This document shows positions 51,860-61,200 of a DNA stretch of 64,000 nucleotides, in pieces. The stretch comes from Azolla caroliniana (lineage: Eukaryota > Plantae > Polypodiophyta): assembly GCA_043228905.1 (NCBI GenBank), contig JBHGNT010000020.1, forward strand, positions 3,534,001-3,598,000, in the 5' to 3' direction. How positions within the stretch are numbered: the first letter of the stretch is position 1; each line of letters opens with the position of its first letter. The notes beneath the pieces are model-generated. The model had not been told where the DNA came from and searched no databases. It was given only the letters and a program-made list of their open reading frames with translations. Position numbers and translations under genes: made by a program.

Positions 51860-52224
51860 CAAATCAAATAAATCATGGAAAGGAGTGGTGGAAACGGCCA
51901 TGCACACGAGGAGTAAAGAGGCACGTTGAAAAGGTATGAGGAGCTATGAATAGGGCATTAAACCACCACCACATGGCACGCAATGCTATTATAGTACACG
52001 ACCTGCACATGCGGAGGCTCGAAAAAGGCGCCAAGATGCAGAGAGAAAAACCCCCACGCATCGAGACCTTCTCCTATCGCGAACCAAGGAGAACAGACGC
52101 AGAGCGACGTGTGAAGATCAATCGTAGAGAGCTCGCACACAGAGAACCCCCTCCCTCAGAACTTTCTCTCTCACACCCTCCCCACCATCAAACCTCGCCA
52201 ACGCTCTCGAACCTCGACGCAGAG

Positions 52225-54986
52225 ATGGACTGCCAAACGTTGTCGGAAGCCGCCAAGAAATGGTTACGGCAACACGGTCTGGAGGGTTTCTTAATGATCA
52301 TGGAGGCGGCGCCACACAAGGAGGCCGAAAAGATTATAAAAGAAATCGACATAGAGGTGATCACGGAGGAGGCGATCCGTGCATTAATAGGCATTCCGGA
52401 GGGAGGTATCTACACGATCGACAATCCTACCTCCGAGCAACTCATCAAATATTTCGGTGAGTACTCTCTAGCCAGCAAGGGCTACAGGACACAGGGCGGC
52501 GAAGATATGCTATTCTGCGAAATTGCCCGTGTGCTCCACGAGTTCGGCCACGTGTACCCTCGACCCCCCGTCATCCCTCAGAACCGAGCAGGCTTGATCA
52601 TCGCAACCTACGAAGGGGTCAAGGTAGATTGGCCGGTGCTGATCGCCGACGGGCTGTGTACGACCATTGATATAGTAAGAGGAAAGGACGGTAAGGAAGA
52701 CCGGAAAATATGGCATGCGGTGACACAATGGCTCACCCTGTTGGCGCCACTGGTCGAGCCTGTCCAAACCAAGAAGCAGGGGAGAGCAACAGACGGCACC
52801 CCGAAACCTGCTTTGAAACGGCAACAACTGTTGGCCTCAAAGGCCACTAAGGGGAAGACTGCCGACGCAGAGAAGGCGGCGAAGGAGCACGCCAGCCGGA
52901 AACAGCCAACGGATACAAGTGAGGAAACACCGGCACGGCCTCGGAAGAGCCCACTCCACCGACCGGTGCAACAGGAAACAGACACCTTGGCGGCAATAAT
53001 GAATGCCGGGACTTAGGTGGAAGAAATGGAGGAAGAACCCACGGAGCACCTCCAGTGGCGGCCGGTGAAGAGCACCACTGAATCAGCCGGGAAGCGTTCA
53101 GACCCACAGAAAGATGGAACGCCCGCAACTCACGCTGAGCAACCCACGCCAAGGGAGGCACCGGAACCGGTTCGGATGGAACCGGTCACAGAAGTGCCGG
53201 CACAACAGGCAGCACCGGCACGCCCCGTCACCCAAGAGCCGGATATACAAAGGCCAACCACCCCAGCCGGCCAAGAACAAGCAGACAAGGGGCGGCGAGC
53301 CGAAACACACTCAGAGCCGGAATGACAAAGTGGTCAATTGGCAGAACCAGAAGCGCAGCTCAACGTTGTAAGGCGGGACCAGCCATTGGCGAGTGAACCC
53401 ATCAACCAACTCTCCGTGCAAGCGCAACAACAGTGCACGACAGCCAATGGCTCCGGTGGGTAGGAGAACAAATTGCCGGAGTAGTCGGATGCATAGAGGC
53501 GGAGGAAAGAGCGCAAACGGAACGGTTGCTCGTCACAACCGATGAACTGGAGACGGCCCGGTCAAGGATCCGGTGCCTCGAACAAGACTTGGATCATATC
53601 ACAGGAAATATGGCCAAAATGGCCTTAACCGCAACGCAGATCCAAGCACCGGTGACTTCGGTTGATGTACAGAAGAATAAGACCCCGGAGACACAAACTG
53701 CCCCGGAGAAAGATGCGGCGCAAGCCCAAGAACTTGCGGAATTACGAGATGAGCTCGCCGCACAAGAAGCATTACGGAGCCGCGAACGCGACTTGAAGAA
53801 GGCGGCCGAAGAAGAATTAAGAAAGACTGTTGAGAACCTTCGCCGGGCAGAAGAAAACCTACGTAAAGGACATCATGGTTACAACCGGCTGAAGGAGGAA
53901 AGAGAGAAAGTGCTGCAGGAAAAAGACAAGCTGCGACGAATGGTAGAGACGGAAATAGAGAGGCTGAAGGAAGAGCTCCGTCAATAGAAGGACAGGGAGG
54001 ACCGCGCGCGCCGGAGATCAACCAAAGCCTGAAGCGGAAGACCGATGATTTCGATCATCTGCATCGGGACTACAAACAGCTGGAGACGGAGCATAAGCAA
54101 CAACAGGAACGGATGGCCGAGCTCCGGCAAGAAGTTGATAGGGCCACAACGGCACTCGCCGAAGAACGAGTGGAAAGTTCCAGGCTATTGGAGGAAGCGG
54201 CGAATGACCGGATGGAGCTCCACAAATAGAACCATGAAGACAAGGAAAGAGCGACAATGGTACTACAGAGGTTGCAAAAAACCTATCAAAATCAATTGTC
54301 GCATTATAGGGACGGACCAGGAGGCGGACACGGTTCAGATCATCAAGCAATTGAAGGAAGAGCGACAAGCTGCAGAAAATAAATCACAGATGGGAGCCGA
54401 ACGGATCCAGTGCATCCTCCGGTCATGGCTCACTAAGACCAAAAGCTTGATTGATGACAGCTCTGTGCATTGGTGGGCGAAATGGGCGCAGAATACGGCG
54501 GAACTCCAATTGCTTAGGGCGGACGTGGAAAATCGGCGAAAGGAGGGCGACGACTGTTATATGTTGACCTCGGAGGACTTCACCACCATAAGGGATGAGC
54601 TGGCGGAAGATTTCACAGCCTTGGCGGATGAACAATTGGTGCAGGTCCGGCAGCTCGTAGCTCAACTGAACGACGATCGGCTGGAGGCTCAAATACAGTT
54701 CGAAAGCTATGAGCGGTCCTGGCTCTGGGAAGAAAAAGCGCGAAAGGCGGCAACGATCAACCTTAGTGATGAGGAACCGTCGCCGGTGCAAGGACCAGAC
54801 GGGGAACAGGCCGGGGTCAGTCAGCCACAGACAACTCCAACGAAGGAAACACCGGTGCCAGAGTGACAAACAGGGCCACAGCCACAAACGGAACAACAGC
54901 AGCAGCCAGAGGAGCAACAATAGATTCCCGACGAGCCATTGGAAATTTTGGAGCAAAGCATTCTGGACATTTTGGACGAAGCATAA
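52225..54986 (+). pseudogene. Gypsy-2 extra 3' ORF (~900 aa when intact): globular N-domain, P/E/T-rich linker, coiled coil; broken by stops and frameshifts
   Basis: Consecutive ORF pieces 51946-53016, 53017-53325, 53433-53987 and 54045-54866 continue to LEQSILDILDEA*. The C-terminal part is conserved in Gypsy-3 (58772-59610). Confidence 0.75.
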
Positions 54987-55750
54987 AAGGGTTGGATAAT
55001 GGGTTCGACGTACAAGGTACTGTCCCACGGGCGTGCCATGTGTTACCGGCCGGGAAGAAGGCTTAAGGAGGTCCAAACCAGAGTGTGAAAGGAATAGTTA
55101 TTCGGGAATTGTTGTAATTAGTAGTCTGAATATATATTAATATATAAGAAGATGTGGACGGACGGACCGGAATCGGTATGCCGATCCGGATCCGGAACGA
55201 TCCCGTAAAGGTGCCAGTTGGCACCGTTTTGTATTTCGCACCGGAGACCTATATAAAGGCCCGGTTACAAGCTTATTGTCTTAATCTTCCAATGTTGATT
55301 ACCGTTCTGTATTCATTGTTATATCTTACGCGTGTTAATTACGGATTGCTAAGTAACCAATTAAGGTCTAATTAAGCGTTGTGCCGTAAATCATTCTGCC
55401 GTACCACCTTTTGGTAAAGTGTCTGAAGTGGACACCCTGTGTTAGGCTATTGTCCGGCCCTAGCAATAACATGGTACACAGTGCATCAACATTCTTTCTC
55501 TTCCAGGCTTGAAGTAGATCAACATTTGGAGGGATTGATGTGGTAGGGTGTGCAGGGTCAAAGGTCGTCATGGGCTTAGGGTCTCTTCCTGTGGGTCCCA
55601 TGATTGTCTTCAACAACTCGTAGGAGTCCAAAATGGCAGACATTTTGAACTTCCATAGAGTATAGTTGGTTCCATCTAGCTTTCCATCAGACAATGGAGG
55701 TGGGCGAATGCGCAGTGGAGCAGCTGCAACATTCATGGACAAGGCCATTG

Positions 55751-55753
<3 letters not shown>

Positions 55754-55799
<46 letters not shown>
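55754..55799. repeat. (CT)n microsatellite in the Copia-2 5' leader (GA on the element strand)
   Basis: Read directly from the sequence. Confidence 0.9.
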
Positions 55800-55810
<11 letters not shown>

Positions 55811-55883
55811 TATTTCTTTGTGCTGCCAGACAACAACTGCCCGTATATACACAATCTAGATCAACCTCTCAGCTCTAATTCCA

Positions 55884-56522
55884 TGTTAGAAATATTGAAA
55901 ATCGATTAGATAGGTATATAGAGTTACAACTATAGAGATGGGATATATGAAAACAAAACTTCTATTACATATGAGAGTAGCTGACAATGGTAGTTTTCCC
56001 ATGCACTCACACCTTAGAGCTTAGATAGGATATGGACCAACTCACTACAAAATTAGTGGGGACTGATAATCAAGCCCACCGCCGTGAAAGGAAAGTGGAT
56101 TGCTTTCTATGTTTGGTCTATGTATAACATTAAATATGCAAGTCAATTGATAGTAGTGGAGATATTCCTTTTCTGTCAACTGACTTGTCATTTAATATGA
56201 CCAACTCCCTAGGTACATGTTAGTGCTAGATAGTACTTATCTTGAAGTCAATGACACATACTTCAAGATTAAGTACATCGTAACTTGCCCACAAAATATT
56301 CTAGTTGACTTGATTAGCCAATCCTATTACCTATTTCTCTCTTTCCTAAATACATTGTGCCCTACGCATCTACGGTTTCCTAGATTAACACCTTATCTAC
56401 CCATATGGTCGAGTTGCACACTAGCCGCTCCTCATTTGGGGCGCTATCACAAAATGTGCACTCTAAGAGCACATATGGGGATAGATTTACAACTTGGGGC
56501 TGATCATTGATTATATCTAACA
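55884..56522 (-). repeat. Copia-2 5' LTR
   Basis: TG...CA termini; adjacent PBS; direct repeat of 39499-40127. Confidence 0.95.
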
Positions 56523-58284
56523 CTTTATGCAAAGCTGGAAAAATGTAGTTTCGGGTGCAACCAGGTGGAATTTCTGGGTTATGTCATCTCCTCGAAAGGC
56601 ATCTCCATGGATCCAGCTAAGGTCAAAATGGTGGTAGAGTGGCAAACTCCACGTTCATTGCGAGATGTGCAATGCTTTTTAGGCTTTGCCAATTTCTACC
56701 GCAAGTTTTTACAGGATTACTCAAAGCTTGTTCTGCTTCTCACACAACTTACTAGGAAGGGGCAATCGTTTGTTTGGTCTCAAGAAGCGGACATGGCTTT
56801 TGAGAGTCTTAAGAAGGCATTTACATAAGATTCTATTCTAGCTCATGTTGATCTGGAAAAACCATTCATCATTGAGGCAGACGTGTCAGATTTTGCCTTG
56901 GTTAGCATTTTGTCACAACAAGATGATGATGAAAAGCTACATCCTGTAGCTTTCCACTAACGCAAGTTGGACGCCGCCGAAATAAACTATGAAATTCATG
57001 ATAAGGAGCTATTAGCAATAGTGGAGTATTTTACGCAATGGAGGCATTTTCTAGAGGGATCTTCTCATCAAGTCACTGAATTCAGTGATCACAAAAACCT
57101 TGCCTACTTTTAGAATGCTCGTGTGTTAAATTGACATCAAGCTCGTTGGGCCCAATTCCTCACTTGTTTCGATTTCAAAATTACATATCGTCTAGGAAAG
57201 CAACAAGGGAAGGCAGATGCATTATCACGACACTTGTATCTAGCACCGCGTCCCGGTTAGCCAGGTTTCGACAACCAAGAGCAAGTAATCCTAGGATCGG
57301 CACGACTGCAAGCAACGTGGGTATTCGGTATGCCATTAGATTCCCATGTTATCGATACCACACGTGAGGACTTGAAGACAGATGCTTTCGCCCAAGCCAT
57401 TCGAGGACAAATTGATCCCTCTCGAGCATCTTGTTCACAATCGCAACAACTAGGTACGGACTATCGACAATTCGAATGTCATGATGGATTACTATTCTTT
57501 AAAAAACTCTTGTATGTCCCTAATGGTTCTTGTCGCCTTCGAGTAGTCCAAAACTGTCATGACACATATACAACTGGGCATTTTGGTAGTACTAAAACAT
57601 TAGATTTAGTACAACAATAATTCTGGTGGCCCCATATGCGACGATTTGTCGAAGATTTTGTTCGGACTTGTGGTACATGTTGTAGAGCAAAAATGCCAAG
57701 GCATCATCCATATGGTTGATTAGAACCATTACCAATTCCAAGCAAGACGTGGCAATCCATTGCTCTAGATTTCATCACAGATCTTCTAGTTTCTAAGGGA
57801 CTTGATGCAATCTTAATAGTAGTAGATCGATATACGAAGATAGTGCATTTCCTGCCATGTACTAAGGAAATCTCCAGTGAAAAAACCGCTGAAATTGTCA
57901 TGCGTGAGGTATGTCGGCATCATGGCCTCCCTGATAGTATCATCAGCGATTGTGGACCCTAGTTTGTCTCAAAATTCTGGAAGCACCTCTTCAAAATGCT
58001 CAAGGTCACTTTTAACCTCTTCTTCGGCTACCACCCGCAAATAGACAGCCAAGCAGAACGAACAAATCAAATGTTGGAGCAGTATCTTCGGTGCTTTCTA
58101 AGCTATCATCAAGATGACTAGGCAGATATTCTCCACTTCGCCGAATTTGTGTATAATAACTCTGTCCACTCATCGACAAAGGTTACACTATTTTATACTT
58201 ACACGGGCTGTCACCCCCTGGTGTATATTTGAAACCCCAGAGTTACCCACAACACCTTGCGCAGAGGATCGTTTGGAGCAACTA

Positions 58285-61200
58285 TGTTAACTCTTAGGGC
58301 CGGAGAATGGCCTAACACAGGGTGTCTACGGAAGACACTTTACCAAAGGGGTGTTACGGCAACAGGATTAGACTCAACGATTAATCTGACTTAATTAGGT
58401 TACTTAGCATGATCGTCTTTAATAATCACACGCGTAAGATATAACAATGAATGTAGAATGGCAATTAACACAGAGAGATAACAACACTAAGCTTTATTAA
58501 TTAACCCTTGTTCATTACATTGTATCCGGGCCTTTAAATAGGTTTTCGGTCTGTATTACAAAACGGTGCCATCCGCACCTGTTCGGGATCGGTCCAGATC
58601 CAGAACGACATACCAATTCTGGTCCGTCCGTCCACACTCATAGCTTACTTACAACGATTCCGTCTAATTAAATAACTCCCCGTTTCACACTCTGGACTCC
58701 TTTGCCGGCCGGTAACACATGGCACGCCCGTGGGACAGTACCTTGTACGTCGAATCCACAACCGACCCTTGCTATTCTTCGTCCAAAATATCCAGAATGC
58801 TTTGTTCGAGAGTCTCCAATGGTTCATTTGGAATTGGTTGTTGTTGTTGTTGTTGTTGCTGCTCTGTTGATGGGTGCTGCGACGGGTCTGTTGGTGGCTG
58901 CTGCGACTGCTCCTCCGTTTGTTGCTCTGACACCGACGACTCCGTCGTTGCTCCCTCTATCGTAGTGGTCTCCGGTTGACTGGTTCCGGGCAGGCCCTCG
59001 GCCGGCGACGGTTCCTCATCACTAAGGTTAACCGTTGCCGCTTCCCGTGCTTTTTCTTCCCGAACCCGGGACCGCTCGTAGCTTTCAAACTGGATTTGAG
59101 CGTCTAGCCTATCATCGTCGAGCTGAGCTACGAGTTGCCGGACCTGCGCCAGCTGTTCATCCGCTAGGACTTGGAAGTCGTCGGCCAGCTCGTCCCGTAT
59201 GGCGGTGAAGTCCTCGGAAGTCAACGTATAACTATCATCTCCTTCCTTCCGCCGGTTTGCCACGTCTGCCCGTAGCAATTGGAGTTCTGCCGCATTTTGT
59301 GCCCACTTTGTCCACCATTTTACGGAGCTTTCGTCAATCAAGCGTTTTGTCTGATTCAACCATGCCCGGAGGATGCACTGAATCCGGCCCGTTCCCAATT
59401 GCGATTTGATTTCTGCCGCTTGCCGTTCCTCCTTCAGTTGCTTGATGATTTTGACGTTGTCTTCCGCCTGCTCCTTGTAATGCGTCAATTGCCTTTGATA
59501 TGTGCTTTGTAATTTCTGCAATACCGTTGACGCTCTCTCCTTTTCTTCCTGCTGTTGCCTCTGGAGCTCCATCCGAACCTTCTCCGCCTCGTCCAACCGT
59601 CTTGTATTTTCCGCACCCTTGTGGTAAAGTGTGTCTTGCAGTAAGCAGAAATGTCGGCTTTGCACTGCCAGGCGTTTCCTTTCGTCCCGGTTCATCTCTT
59701 CCGGAGGCAGTCCTGTGCTCAGAAATTGGTGCATGTGTGTGAGCTACTTGTCTTCCTGTGCCACCGTCTCATCTGCTGCCGTTTCCGTAGTGACTCGAAA
59801 CAGCTCTGCATCCGGAAACTCGTACGCTACTCCGTCACTCGTCTCTCTGGACTCTAATCGGCTTAAGTAATCTGCTACGGCATGCTATATCCCGGGTCGG
59901 TGGGATATTTCGAACTCGAATTCCTATAACAGTAAGGTCCACCGGGCCAACTTACCGGTGAGTGAGGCTTTGGACACCAGGTAAAGGAGTGCCGAATGAT
60001 CTACATGGAAGGAAAACTTCCTTCCCAATAAATAATGCCGAAACTTTGTCACACTGTAGATCATCCCTAGAGCTTCCCGTTCCGTGGTAGAGTAGTTCCG
60101 TTCCGCTTGGGATAGCTTTCGGCTGGCATAGTACACTGGCCGGTACCACTTTGGCTCCGTGAGCTGCATTAATACGCTTCTGATTGCGATGTCGGAGGCG
60201 TCCACGAATACATGAAATTCTTTACTCCAATCCGGCGGCTGCACTACCAGTGCTTGCGACAATAGTACCTTGAGGGCCCTATACGCCCTATCCTCGGTGT
60301 CGGTCCACTGGAATGGTGTCCGATGTACGGTGGCATGCAACAGTGTAGCCAGGTCGGGCAAGTATCGGAGCATCCGGCTGTGCCACCGGATCTGGCCTAA
60401 GAACCGGCTCAATGCCTTTGTCGTTGCCGGCGCCGGTGCTTCTAATATGGCTTTCACTTTGTCTGGGTCGACTGCAATACCTTCCTGGCTCACAATATGT
60501 CCCAATAAGGTTCCACTGGACACGCCAAATACACACTTTGCCGGATTCAAGCTTAGCCAGTACGCTCTACACTTTTCTAGACAAAGACGAAGGTGCTGAA
60601 AATGGTCCTCCTCCCGGCTATAGACGGCGAAATCGTCAAGGAAAACCTGCATAAAAGCCGGGATATATTCACCAAAGATTTCCATGATGATTCGTTGAAA
60701 TGTTTCCAGTGCCGTTTTGAGTCCGAACATCATCACCACGACCACAAACACCCCCCATTCGGTGACGAAAGCCGTTTTCTCTCGGTCATCGGGGTGCATC
60801 CGGATCTGATTATACCCGCTAAATCCGTCTAGGAAGCTATATAGACCTCATGGACGACGACGACATCCAACACTCCATCTGTGAACGGAAGTGGAAATGC
60901 ATCCGTTATCGTATCCGCATTGAGTTTCCGGTAGTCCACACATACTCGAATTTTTCCGTTCTTCTTTGGTACGACTACGATCGGGCTCAGCCATGTTGCT
61001 TTCCTTACCGGACGGATAAAGCCAACTCTTAGCAGTTTGTCGATTTCCTCCTTGACTTTGGCGGCATAATTGGGATTCATCCGATACCGTCTTTGTGCCA
61101 CTGGTTTTGCGTCCTTGCTCAAGTGAACTTGATGCTGGTATAACTGAGGGTCGAGTCCTCGCATGTCTTCGTATGACTAGGCGAACACATCGCGAAATTC

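Larger units (their letters stand above)
47630..55471 (+). mobile_element. Gypsy-2 (non-chromoviral, Athila/Tat-like), gag-deleted, with an extra 3' ORF; inserted in Copia-2 gag
   Basis: 5-bp TSD tggta at 47625-47629 and 55472-55476. LTRs 47630-48087 and 55041-55471 (~11 substitutions plus a 27-bp indel). PBS tggcgaccacgacggga at 48095 (tRNA-Arg-like). RT WLSPIVVVPKKNG, LDGFSGYNQI. RNase H VDASD, TTEREAL, DH..L. Integrase H..GH..C..C, GLDFVGP, SDQG, YYPQANG.AE. Confidence 0.95.
39499..56522 (-). mobile_element. Copia-2, complete with both LTRs and carrying two nested insertions
   Basis: 5-bp TSD cttta at 39494-39498 and 56523-56527. LTRs 39499-40127 (3') and 55884-56522 (5'), ~20 substitutions plus a 10-bp indel. 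PPT gagggggcg (40128-40136, minus). PBS tggaattagagct (55883-55871). gag KLDGTNY, WILDSGAS, WHERFGH, TPQQNGVVE, QMDVKSAFLNG, YGLKQAPRAW, DWAGD, CDNQS, ADIFTK. Confidence 0.96.
36011..58284 (+). mobile_element. Gypsy-1 (chromovirus/Tcn1-like): putative 5' LTR from 36011, gag 37114-38264, pol 38291-39498 and 56528-58284; split by Copia-2 and interrupted by Gypsy-3
   Basis: gag L.GSALAW, FCYGL, CLYCGGPGHIAMNC. Protease [43 protein letters not shown]. RNase H EADVSDFALG-like and HDKELLA. Integrase DFITDL, YHPQ.D.Q.ERTN. Removing Copia-2 restores EHGLYAKLEKC. Confidence 0.9.

Noticed and set aside
51500-51924. Poly-Lys/Arg/Glu and poly-Phe ORFs
   Set aside because: Translation artefacts of the A-rich tract, with no coding complexity.
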